NCBI GenBank assembly: GCA_965222225.1
Contig: CBDCTK010000002.1
Coordinates: 768,001-832,000 of the forward strand
Source: Candidatus Poribacteria bacterium
GTDB taxonomy: Bacteria; Poribacteria; WGA-4E; JAJDTR01
DNA length: 64,000 nucleotides
Direction of reading: 5' to 3'
The notes below the pieces were generated by a model. That model worked only from the letters and a program-made list of their open reading frames with translations. It was not told where the DNA came from and made no database searches. Each line of letters opens with the position of its first letter. Positions within the stretch are counted from its first letter, which is position 1. Below, piece after piece: positions 27,862-37,457 of this stretch. Both the position numbers and the translations under genes were made by a program.

Positions 27862-29204
27862 TCAATATTCATTCGTTTTCAACTCGCGGAAAAGTTGCAT
27901 AATCCCGTCCTGGATTTGTCCTTCGATAGAAAGTTCTAATGGCCAACGATAGTTGATTGAAGCCTCGTACCCACCACGTGCGCCGAGAGGTCGTAGTCTT
28001 TCTTGGTTGCAACGTATCCTATGCCTCGATTGGTGTATCCTAAGACCACGGTGGTTTGAAGGGGGAGGTTTCGTCCGCAAGCAACTGATATTCGGCGAAT
28101 GCCTCACTCGGTAGAAACACAAAGCACAACTCGTCGCCAATGGAAAAAGCGCTCATGGGAAAGGAGAGAAATTCCTGACTGACTCCGCTAATTATTCGTT
28201 GTAACCGTTCGCGGTGTCGGGAATCCGGTTCTTGCTCCAACATTTTTCTACAGGCCTTAACAGATGGATGCCAGTGCGGAAGAGACACGTCAAGCGCGGA
28301 CGCTTTGAACGACTTGGCGGAAACGGTTTCCGCATGAGCCAATGCGTTTTTTTTTTTGCAAAAACCAATGAAAGTCCCGCGGCATCAGCCGCGTCGTACC
28401 CACCCCGTAATGGATACCCGTTAATGTTAGCGCAGCATCCTTGGGCAAACATGAGAACTCCTTGCGGATTACTGTATTTGTCGAGTAAGTTACGCAAATG
28501 TCCAACAGCATACCCCGGAACGTCGGTGGTGATTGCTTCGCTTACCCAATGCACGATGACGGGGTGCGCCGCGTGAGAGAAGAGCACGGCGATTCGTTTG
28601 CCATCGTGTGACCGTAAACACCCAAGACGTCCACCCACGGTACGATCGCCCCCTTGGGATTTACGTCCATGGTGATATTTCCATCGTCGCCCATCAAGCG
28701 TCAATTGTAACCGATTTGTACCGGCTCGCATCCAACACGAAGCGTGGCATTCTTAAGATAATCAAAGGCGCGTCGAACCAATTGGCTCAAGATACTAGCA
28801 AGCCATTCGCCGGACCGCGGTGCCTGAGCGCGCCCATCAACCCCGGCAGCATCGTGCGTATGACTCCAGTTGACAGCAATGTTCGTTTTGGGAATTCCAG
28901 TGGCCTTCTCTATGGCGCCGAGTATTACCGGTCCATCCAAGCTGCCGATATCTACCGTGATGATGGCGAGGCGTTGTGTGCCATCGCTCATTAACAAAGC
29001 ACGAGCATACAACTCATCTCATCATGGACATCCTCAAGATCTTCGGGAGCCTTGTCTATGAGTCTGAGGACTCTTTGCGTTGGCTCGTCCTTGACGCGAG
29101 TGATAATAGTCTCGGCAAGCACCTGCCATCAAATCGGGAGGATTGCCTGTGGCGCCACTGTAGGCTGTGTCAGCAATAGTGGTCAATGCGGAAAAAGTTG
29201 CCAT
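27862..29204 (-). pseudogene. Neutral/alkaline ceramidase N-terminal-domain family hydrolase, multiply frameshifted
   Basis: Pieces across frames: LMAGA/AETIIT, VHDE/LYARALLM..NWSHTHDA, VQIGYN, FSHAAHPV..DVPGY..FAQGCCANIN, LPSEAFAEYQ, GGYEA; ATGAG duplication near 29020; T11 run at 28347-28357. Confidence 0.8.
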
Positions 29205-29550
29205 TGTGCCACCTTTTGATGATTGTGTTTGATGGTCCTCAACGATGCCACAACCGAGAAGGGGTCAGAAACTGCTTTGTTCGTTAACCTTTCATTCGGA
29301 TTTGGATCTTTATCTAAAAGAGGATTTCCAATAACCGAAGCTCGATTGGCACGGATTAACATCTTTGGCTACATGTGGAATCATTGTAACGGTTTTGTAC
29401 TTCACGGTCAACCAAAATGCATCGCGAGTTAGCCACGCCGCAGTCGAGTTTGTACTTGCAATCGTCTCTATAAGTGTGGTAATATCCTCACAGGATTGTA
29501 ATCACCAAGGCCATAATCTGTCGATTTCCCTCCTTTCAACGAAATGTCCG

Positions 29551-30255
29551 ATGGACAGCCATCAATTTATCTCTGTTCGAGAGAATATCAAAATCGTTCA
29601 GTATCGAATTGCATCAGCTGCACAGCGTGTCGGGCGAGATGCAAGTTCAATAGAGCTTGTAGCCATTTCCAAAACCAAGCCTTTGAGCCTGATTGTAGAA
29701 GCGATTGACGCAGGCGTTACGGATATAGGTGAGAATCGTGTGCAAGAAGCGACAAGCAAGCACTCTCAGATCAATCGCCCTGTAAAATGGCATCTCGTGG
29801 GACATTTGCAAACCAACAAGGTTAAGCAGGCGTTGCAGATGTTTGATCTAATTCATTCGGTAGACAGTTTGCGGCTTCTCGCCGAAATCAATCGCCGTTC
29901 CTGTCAATTGAGTTGTCAAACAGACGCGTTGGTCGAAGTCAATACCTCCGGTGAAGAAAGTAAGTACGGTCTGCAACCCAATAAAGTGCCAAGTTTCATG
30001 GAGTCCGCTCTAGAGTATACACATGTTCATATAAAGGGACTCATGACAGTCGGAACATTTGTGCCCGACCCGGAGGAGGTTCGTCCGTCATTTACTTTAC
30101 TTAGAAAGATTAAGGAAGCAATCGACAGTCAAGGATATCCAAATATCCAGATGAAATATCTTTCGATGGGAATGACAAACGACTTTGAGGTTGCAATTGA
30201 AGAAGGGGCAAACATGGTCAGAATCGGTTCCGCCATCTTTGGCGAGCGCACCTAG
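29551..30255 (+). CDS. yggS: PLP homeostasis protein YggS
   Basis: LVAISKTKP, GENRVQEA, WHLVGHLQTNKVK, LSMGMTNDFEVAIEEGA..VRIGSAIFG. Confidence 0.95.
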   Translation: MDSHQFISVRENIKIVQYRIASAAQRVGRDASSIELVAISKTKPLSLIVEAIDAGVTDIGENRVQEATSKHSQINRPVKWHLVGHLQTNKVKQALQMFDLIHSVDSLRLLAEINRRSCQLSCQTDALVEVNTSGEESKYGLQPNKVPSFMESALEYTHVHIKGLMTVGTFVPDPEEVRPSFTLLRKIKEAIDSQGYPNIQMKYLSMGMTNDFEVAIEEGANMVRIGSAIFGERT

Positions 30256-31089
30256 ATGCACGGGAGGGTAGCTTTGGACAGGGAATTTCGATTAGGAATT
30301 ATTGGCGTTGGGGGCATGGGGGAGGCGATTCTTCGCGGACTAGTCGGTGACTTGCTCGGTAGCGGCCAGGTTTGGTTGAGTGACATCATAGAGGAAAAGG
30401 TAGATTCTCTGTGTGAGGAACTACAGGTCAACAATTCGACGAGTATCTCGAATCTCGTAGAAAATGTCGACTGTGTGCTTTATGCGGCGAAACCGGGGAA
30501 TGTGTCGACAATTCTGCCTGAAATTGCTACTGTTCTCCAATCTTCGACACAATGGTTGCTTTCAATTGCCGCAGGCGTGCCGACCACAAAGTTTGAATCT
30601 CATTTTTCTTCGCCTACGTCTGTCGTGCGCGTAATGCCGAATCTTGCAGTGACCGCCAAGGCGGCAATTAGCGTAATCGCGAGAGGCAGCACGGCTTCAG
30701 ACCAGCACGTTTCTATCGCTGAGACCCTATTCAACGTCCTTGGACGCTCAATGGTGCGTGAGGAAAAAATCCTTGATGCCGTGACAGCACTCAGCGGCAG
30801 CGGTCCCGCTTTTGTATTTCTGTTTGTTGAGGCATTCGCCGATGCCGGAGTCCATATAGGGTTGACGCGCGAGGACGCTTATCAATTAGCCGTGCATACC
30901 GTTCTCGGCGCTAGCAAAGTGTTGGACGAAACAGGCGAACACCCCGCTGTTCTTAAAAACCTTGTAACAACGCCAGCCGGAACAACCGCAGCTGGTTTGC
31001 ATGAACTGGAACGTGGGAGGCTACGCGCGGTGGTGACCGAGGCGGTAAGGGCTGCGCTGCGCCGCGCGGAAGAGCTCGCGAATTCATAA
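30256..31089 (+). CDS. proC: Pyrroline-5-carboxylate reductase
   Basis: IIGVGGMG, SIAAG, RVMPN, TALSGSGPAF, VTTPAGTT. Confidence 0.95.
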   Translation: MHGRVALDREFRLGIIGVGGMGEAILRGLVGDLLGSGQVWLSDIIEEKVDSLCEELQVNNSTSISNLVENVDCVLYAAKPGNVSTILPEIATVLQSSTQWLLSIAAGVPTTKFESHFSSPTSVVRVMPNLAVTAKAAISVIARGSTASDQHVSIAETLFNVLGRSMVREEKILDAVTALSGSGPAFVFLFVEAFADAGVHIGLTREDAYQLAVHTVLGASKVLDETGEHPAVLKNLVTTPAGTTAAGLHELERGRLRAVVTEAVRAALRRAEELANS

Positions 31090-31111
31090 GGAGCAAAACA
31101 AGGGTCTAAGA

Positions 31112-31387
31112 ATGGGAAATATCCTAATTCCGATAATTCTCGAAGTGATTCAGATTTACATTTGGATTGTTATTGCGAACGCCGTGCTATCATGGTTTAT
31201 CGGTGGAATTCAAAACATGGCAGTTCGAAGGATTTATTGGATAACCAATGCGCTCGTAGATCCTGTGTTAGCTCCTATCCGCCAAGTATTGAGTCCCATG
31301 ATTCGGAATTTCGGATTCGATATCTCGCCTCTGATTTTGTTCATTTTTCTGCGTATCATTGAAAAAATGTTGATAACAATATGGTGA
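31112..31387 (+). CDS. yggT: YggT family membrane protein
   Basis: IY.WIVIA..VLSW..DPVLAPIRQ..GFDISP; yggS-proC-yggT synteny. Confidence 0.9.
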   Translation: MGNILIPIILEVIQIYIWIVIANAVLSWFIGGIQNMAVRRIYWITNALVDPVLAPIRQVLSPMIRNFGFDISPLILFIFLRIIEKMLITIW

Positions 31388-31567
31388 TAGCAATAGACAC
31401 TAAGGATTTGTCCCAAGGGAGGGTTCTACAAATATCAGGATTAGCCTCATGCGAAACATTGGGCGGCAGAAGTGTTCGACCCGGGGGCGAAATCGCGCTG
31501 CGCCAGCGAAGTAAATCTCTCATTTGTTCACTGCCAATTTTAGCGCGGCGGAATAAGGGAAACCTCA

Positions 31568-32074
31568 ATGCTACCACCTAAGCTTCGGTCACTTTTCCCT
31601 CTTATTTTGGTAGCGATGCCTTGTTTTGCGCTAGATCAGCTGACAAAGTGGCTTGTTGAGCAAAACATTAGACGAGGAAGTTGGTACGTCCTTATTGATG
31701 GAATGATTAATCTGAGGCATGATAGAAACAGCGGCGCGGCTTTTGGAATAATGCCGGGGCAGAATGTACTGCTTATCGTTGTTACAGTTGTCGCTATCGG
31801 TTTTATATTTTTTTACTATCGCCAATTTCAGACCAATCTTTGGATGAGGATTGCACTCGGGTTTCTTCTGGGTGGGGCGATAGGGAATTTTGTTGATCGC
31901 CTTCGTCTAGGCGAGGTTGTCGATTTTCTACAAATAGGAATTCAAAAGGCGGGGCTCTGGTGGCCGACGTTTAACGTTGCAGATATTTGCATTTGCGTTG
32001 GAGCTGGTATGTTGATAATCCACCTGGTCCGAACTCGAGGGGATTATGACACTTCGAAACAGAGTAACGATTAA
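31568..32074 (+). CDS. lspA: Lipoprotein signal peptidase II
   Basis: DQLTK, NSGAAFG, GGAIGNFVDR, VVDF, FNVAD. Confidence 0.95.
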   Translation: MLPPKLRSLFPLILVAMPCFALDQLTKWLVEQNIRRGSWYVLIDGMINLRHDRNSGAAFGIMPGQNVLLIVVTVVAIGFIFFYYRQFQTNLWMRIALGFLLGGAIGNFVDRLRLGEVVDFLQIGIQKAGLWWPTFNVADICICVGAGMLIIHLVRTRGDYDTSKQSND

Positions 32075-32537
32075 TTTGGCATGTGGCTTCCTTATGTGTT
32101 TCTTTTTGATACCGACGAACGTCGTCGCCCAGTACCGCGGATCTTCGGAAGGCGCGCGACCCGTCCAACGCGGAAAGCATGAAGAACCTTACCAAGAAAG
32201 TGCGCTACGCCGATTTGAGATTGTTACCTTAATCTCGCTACCGTTTACCGCAATTCACAGTTTTCTTGTGGTTCGCGGCGTTGAGATGGTCCGACAGAAT
32301 GGAATTGCACCAGAACTTTCAAGCACGCATTTTGGGGTTGTAGGTGCCTCCGCAGTTTCCTTCGCACTCTTCATTGGCTTTTGGGATTGGTTGCATACTC
32401 ATGATAAAGACTCTTCAGAGCAGTTGATTCCGTCTGTTCCCTCGCTTCAACAGCTGCAAAGAAAGGTTGGAAGTGTTGGCCGGAATGTTGAGGAGCCATC
32501 AAGTTTTATGCTTCCCGTCGTTCAGATTCGGTTTTGA
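32046..32537 (+). CDS. Hypothetical exported/membrane protein
   Basis: Signal-like N-terminus, ESALRRFEIVTLISLPFT, hydrophobic segments, terminal Phe; overlaps the lspA end. Confidence 0.6.
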   Translation: MTLRNRVTINLACGFLMCFFLIPTNVVAQYRGSSEGARPVQRGKHEEPYQESALRRFEIVTLISLPFTAIHSFLVVRGVEMVRQNGIAPELSSTHFGVVGASAVSFALFIGFWDWLHTHDKDSSEQLIPSVPSLQQLQRKVGSVGRNVEEPSSFMLPVVQIRF

Positions 32538-32655
32538 TTAGGTGTAAGGAGAGCCCATTTGCTTAGACGTTCTGTAACGATTTCACTGAATATTTTCTTG
32601 GGGAAGTTCCGTTCGAATGATGTTAACTTTCCGATTGTAGATTTACGGTTGATAC

Positions 32656-33159
32656 ATGGCAGTATTAGAAATTCACACCGGTGACATCCCCATTCTTCGA
32701 CAAAAAGCCAAGCCGGTTAAACATATTGGCAACAATGTACTACAACTTATCAAGGATATGTTTGAAACTATGGCAGCCGCCAGCGGGATTGGTCTCGCCG
32801 CGCCGCAGATTGGGGTGTCTAAGCAGATAATTGTTGTGGACATTTCTCAGTGCATTCCGGACTGCCCGCCAGTTGCGTTGATAAATCCTTTGATAACGGA
32901 GGCGAGTGGGGAGGAACTAGCCGAGGAAAGGTGTTTGAGTTTGCCCGGACATCGAGGCATGGTTCGACGCGCCAGTTCGGTGACCATCCAGGCTCTGCTC
33001 CCCAATGGGGAAGAGATGGAATTGAACGGAAGTCACCTGATGGCAAGAGTTCTGCAACACGAAATTGGCCATCTTAATGGAATACTCTTTATTGATTTGC
33101 TGAGGTCGGAAGACCAGAGACTGCTTGAGGAAGAGGAGGCTAAGGAAGTGGGCGGATGA
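32656..33159 (+). CDS. def: Peptide deformylase (variant motifs)
   Basis: GIGLAAPQIG, ERCLSLPG, QHEIGHLNG; adjacent to fmt. Confidence 0.9.
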   Translation: MAVLEIHTGDIPILRQKAKPVKHIGNNVLQLIKDMFETMAAASGIGLAAPQIGVSKQIIVVDISQCIPDCPPVALINPLITEASGEELAEERCLSLPGHRGMVRRASSVTIQALLPNGEEMELNGSHLMARVLQHEIGHLNGILFIDLLRSEDQRLLEEEEAKEVGG

Positions 33160-33205
33160 GTTCATCAATTGACAAGGTCTTCATCTGCTTGGCAAGTATC
33201 GTGTA

Positions 33206-34165
33206 ATGCGAATCGTTTTCATGGGCACGAGCGGGTTTTCCGTTCCGAGTCTTCAAGCGCTGATAATGCGGAATTTTGATATCATAAGTGTTGTAACGCA
33301 GCCTGACCGACCGTCCGGGAGGGGCAAAAAATTGATGCCGCCGCCTGTCAAGGTTACAGCTGCACGCCACAATCTGCGGGTCTACCAACCTGAAAGGGTA
33401 AGGAAGCCCGATTTCATTCGTACACTCAAAGAACTCCAACCGGACGCAATTGTGGTGGTCGCCTTCGGACAGATAATTCCCAAAGCTTTGTTAGATTTGC
33501 CTCCTTTCGGCTGTATAAATGTCCATCCCTCTTTGTTGCCCAAGTATCGCGGTGCGGCTCCAATTCAGTGGGCTTTAATAAATGGCGAAGAGGAAACAGG
33601 TATAACAATCATGCTTCTTGATGAGACCGAGGACACAGGTGACATCATCCTTCAGCGGCGTGTCAGGGTTGACCCGCAGGAGAGTGCCGCTACGCTCGCT
33701 AACCGATTAGCATGTACTGCGGCAACGGCGTTGGTTGAGGTGCTGGAAGCAAGCCCTAGTAACGCACCGCCGCCGCACACTCCACAGAATCACGACCAAG
33801 CAACACATGCCCCCAAACTAACCAAAGAAAGCGGACAAATTAACTGGGAAGTATCAGCGGTTGAGGTTTGCAATCTGGTACGCGGCACAGTGATTTGGCC
33901 CGGAGCATATACATTTTTGAATGGCGAAGTTCGCCTGAAGATTCTTGAATGTCAGGTAATGGTTGATGACCTAAAAAGAGATGTGTTGCCGGGGGACATT
34001 ACCGTTACACCGCAGCGCGATTTGACTGTCGGGACGAGCGCGGGGATTGTGCGTATAACGAGGGTGCAGCCCGCCAATAAGCAAATTATGGACGCCAACG
34101 AATTTATCAATGGGTACAGAGTAAAAACAGGTGCACGCTTAATGCGCCAATTTGAGGACAATTAG
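33206..34165 (+). CDS. fmt: Methionyl-tRNA formyltransferase
   Basis: MRIVFMGT, TQPDRP.GRG, INVHPSLLPKYRGAAPIQ. Confidence 0.96.
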   Translation: MRIVFMGTSGFSVPSLQALIMRNFDIISVVTQPDRPSGRGKKLMPPPVKVTAARHNLRVYQPERVRKPDFIRTLKELQPDAIVVVAFGQIIPKALLDLPPFGCINVHPSLLPKYRGAAPIQWALINGEEETGITIMLLDETEDTGDIILQRRVRVDPQESAATLANRLACTAATALVEVLEASPSNAPPPHTPQNHDQATHAPKLTKESGQINWEVSAVEVCNLVRGTVIWPGAYTFLNGEVRLKILECQVMVDDLKRDVLPGDITVTPQRDLTVGTSAGIVRITRVQPANKQIMDANEFINGYRVKTGARLMRQFEDN

Positions 34166-34186
34166 CGCAGCCCTGACAAACCAATC

Positions 34187-35155
34187 ATGAATTCTACTTT
34201 AGCTGCCATAATCAAATTTGCTGTTCTGAATTTAGCCATAATCTCGATTGTTGGACTGGTGGTGGTATTCCTTGTTATTCCTTGGTCCGTGCGTTCAAAG
34301 GATGTTGAAGTTCCAGATTTGGTTGGTGAGAGCTACGATCAAGCAGTTGCGTTGCTCTATGACGCGGGTTTACTGGTAGCTGATGACGTTGAGGCAAAAG
34401 CTAGTTCTGACATTCCGAAAGGTTTCGTCCTCGAACAGTCTCCTCCCGCAGACTTCAAAGTCAAGCGAAAGAAGCCGGTACAAATCACGTTGAGTATCGG
34501 CGATCAGATGGTGGAAGTGCCAGACACGACGGGTAAAGCGCTGAAAGAGGTAGAAAAGATATTAAGAGAAGCCGGACTTCGCCGTGGCCGCGTTGCGGAG
34601 GTGCACTCGGATGAGTATGCAGTGGCAGGCGCAGTAATTGCTCAAACACCCTTAAGCGGAACCATGCATCAACAGGGTGCAGCGGTTCACTTGTTGTTGA
34701 GCCTTGGCAAACGATCCAGATTGTTACTGATGCCGGATTTGCGTGGAGAACCGATTGATGAGGTACGGTCTTTGCTCAAATCTAGCGGATTGGAGATTGG
34801 AGATGAGAGCTATGAATCGACGCCTGAAATACCGCAAGGTTCGATCATTAGCCATTCTCCGGTCGCTGGGGAACTGGTGCACATTGGTCAAGTCGTGTCG
34901 CTTGAAATCAGCGGTTCGGCAAAGACCCAATCCGATAGAGGCCGTCTCATCTCGCTTAGGTATCGTGTCTCAAAGGAGGGTGGGCTTCCCAGACGTGTGC
35001 GCCTTGTCGTCGAAGACGAACGCAACACTCTTATCGTTGTTGATAGTCATTATGAACCAGGAGCGTTAATTGAGCGGCCACCCCTCCGCGTTTTTGGCGA
35101 GGCGACGATGACTGTCTACGAGGACGGTGTAGAGGTTCAGAAGAAGGAGTTATAG
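34187..35155 (+). CDS. Membrane-anchored PASTA-domain protein (3 PASTA repeats, no kinase)
   Basis: N-terminal TM; VPDLVG, VPDTTG and MPDLRG repeats with QSP..G motifs. Confidence 0.88.
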   Translation: MNSTLAAIIKFAVLNLAIISIVGLVVVFLVIPWSVRSKDVEVPDLVGESYDQAVALLYDAGLLVADDVEAKASSDIPKGFVLEQSPPADFKVKRKKPVQITLSIGDQMVEVPDTTGKALKEVEKILREAGLRRGRVAEVHSDEYAVAGAVIAQTPLSGTMHQQGAAVHLLLSLGKRSRLLLMPDLRGEPIDEVRSLLKSSGLEIGDESYESTPEIPQGSIISHSPVAGELVHIGQVVSLEISGSAKTQSDRGRLISLRYRVSKEGGLPRRVRLVVEDERNTLIVVDSHYEPGALIERPPLRVFGEATMTVYEDGVEVQKKEL

Positions 35156-35817
35156 TGTTGGGGCGGGAGATAAAAATTGCACCATCCGTTCTCGCATCCG
35201 ATTTTGGTCGACTTGGCGAAGAGGTCTGTCGCGTCGTGGAAGCTGGGGCAGATCTCATCCACTTCGATGTGATGGATGGGCATTTCGTACCCAACCTAAC
35301 CATGGGGCCTCAGTTGATAAAATCAATCAAGCAGTATACGGATTGCCCTTTCGATGTGCATCTTATGATTACCCATCCGCAGAATTATATTGACGATTTT
35401 GCGGATGCGGGCGCGGATTTCATCACTTTCCACATTGAAATTGAGGACTCGATCGAAGAGGTAATTAATTTGATTAAGGCGCGAGGGGTCAAAGCCGGGG
35501 TTGCCCTCCGACCCAAGACGCCAATTTCGGTTCTATTTCCCTATATTGCGGATTTGGACCTTGTATTGCCGATGAGTGTGGAACCCGGGTTTGGCGGGCA
35601 GAAATTCATCATGGGCACCCTTGATAAAATTGACGGTTTGCGAAAGAAGATTTCGGAGCTGGGTTGTGAGGCGTTGATTGAGGTGGACGGAGGCATAAAT
35701 GTAGAAATAGCACCACTAGTGGTAGATCATGGCGCAACGGTTTTGGTTGCAGGCACTGCGATTTTCAATAGTGAGAATCCGAGAGTGACGATTCGGGCGT
35801 TGCGAGACGGAGCGTGA
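35155..35817 (+). CDS. rpe: Ribulose-phosphate 3-epimerase
   Basis: IAPSVLA.DF, HFDVMDGHFVPN, DVHLM, MSVEPGFGGQ, EVDGG. Confidence 0.96.
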   Translation: MLGREIKIAPSVLASDFGRLGEEVCRVVEAGADLIHFDVMDGHFVPNLTMGPQLIKSIKQYTDCPFDVHLMITHPQNYIDDFADAGADFITFHIEIEDSIEEVINLIKARGVKAGVALRPKTPISVLFPYIADLDLVLPMSVEPGFGGQKFIMGTLDKIDGLRKKISELGCEALIEVDGGINVEIAPLVVDHGATVLVAGTAIFNSENPRVTIRALRDGA

Positions 35818-35953
35818 CGATATCTAAGATGCTCGGGATTAAGCGTACTAAATTGCGTGTAGACATGGATTTCGATGTTCGTATGGCGGGAGATTGCCGG
35901 CTAGGGTAAGCGCGCTCTCTTCCATAACATTATGGCGAAATAGCGGAGACAAG

Positions 35954-37138
35954 ATGACACAATTATTTGATGAGTTGAAGGCGTCGCCGCGCGTGCTTCT
36001 TGGGCCTGGTCCGAGCGACGCGAGTCCGCGAGTATTGAAAGCAATGACCACGCCCATGATGGGCTACCTTGATGGCGAATTCATCAAGATAATGGATGAG
36101 ACCGTGAATCTCCTGCGCCATGTATTTGGCACGGAAAATAGGCTTACACTGCCAGTTTCCGGGACCGGCACTGCCGGGATGGAAGCTGCGCTCTGCAACG
36201 TCATTGAGCCGGGCGATTCAGTCATAGTAGGTATTAACGGTTATTTTGGTGGACGGATTGCGGACATTGTTGAACGTTGCGGTGGTGTAGTGACCACTGT
36301 CGAAGCGGATTGGGGTTCAGCTATCCGGGTGGAAGACGTAGCCAACGTGATAAAACGTGCCAATCCGAAGCTGGTTGCCATAATCCACGCAGAAACTTCG
36401 ACGGGGGTTCTTCAACCGCTTGATGACATCGGTCAAGTTGTGCGTGAGAGCGGCGCATTGTTCCTCACGGACTGTGTTACCTCCTTAGGTGGACAACCAG
36501 TGGAGTTAGATCGACGCGGGATTGATATCGCCTACAGTGGTACTCAGAAATGTCTCGGCGGTCCGCCAGGACTTGCCCCTATTAGCTTTAGCGATAGAGC
36601 TGTGGAAGTAATTCGCAATCGGGCGAGGAAGGTGCAGAGTTTCTATCTTGATATGACGCTACTGGAAGCTTATTGGAGCGGCGAAGTAAGGGCCTATCAC
36701 CATACGGTTTCCATGTCTATGGTCTATGCATTACATGAGTCACTGCGCGTAGTGCTAGAGGAAGGTCTGAAAGCGAGATATAGACGGCACGAACTTAACG
36801 CGAGAGCACTTGTCGCCGGGGCAGTTGCAATAGGCCTCAAACCCGTTGTACAAGAGGGATTCCGTGCTCCCATGTTAACCACCATCAATATACCGCACGG
36901 CATTGATGATTTGGGAATCCGAAATCGCTTAATTGAAGATTTCGGCATCGAAATCGGTGGCGGTTTAGGCATATTCAAAGGCAAAGCATGGAGAATTGGC
37001 TTGATGGGCGAGTCTTCAACGCAACGCAACGTCCTACTGGTCTTGAGCGCCTTGGAGAAACTCCTTGCCGAGGCAGGTCATAACCTCGAATCTGGCGCTG
37101 GGGTGCGTGCGGCATCAGAGGTTTATGCCCAAGCATAG
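35954..37138 (+). CDS. Alanine-glyoxylate / serine-pyruvate aminotransferase family (class V)
   Basis: LLGPGPS, SGTGTAGME, HAETSTGV, SGTQKCL..PPG, YHHT, WRIGLMG. Confidence 0.92.
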   Translation: MTQLFDELKASPRVLLGPGPSDASPRVLKAMTTPMMGYLDGEFIKIMDETVNLLRHVFGTENRLTLPVSGTGTAGMEAALCNVIEPGDSVIVGINGYFGGRIADIVERCGGVVTTVEADWGSAIRVEDVANVIKRANPKLVAIIHAETSTGVLQPLDDIGQVVRESGALFLTDCVTSLGGQPVELDRRGIDIAYSGTQKCLGGPPGLAPISFSDRAVEVIRNRARKVQSFYLDMTLLEAYWSGEVRAYHHTVSMSMVYALHESLRVVLEEGLKARYRRHELNARALVAGAVAIGLKPVVQEGFRAPMLTTINIPHGIDDLGIRNRLIEDFGIEIGGGLGIFKGKAWRIGLMGESSTQRNVLLVLSALEKLLAEAGHNLESGAGVRAASEVYAQA

Positions 37139-37457
37139 GGACGAAAACGTCAGATGACATGGACCAAGGATTGTGTTTGGGAATGCCGGCCGACGTAGGA
37201 AAATTCATGGGTGATTGCCATCGTTCGGGCGGTTGTAGGGTCTTTATGTTTTAAGTTTCTGATGATGATTACAGTTAATGAACGGTATCAAAGTAAGAAT
37301 CAGTTTTATTCCTTATTGAGATCTGCCCACACCTCTCACCTTCATCCCAATTCGGTTGAAGCGTGTCTCCTAAACCTCACTTTTTCTGCTACGTCTAAAC
37401 GGTGAAATCCCACGATGAACGCATATTTGTCACTCCAAATTCGTCAATTTTGAGGAA

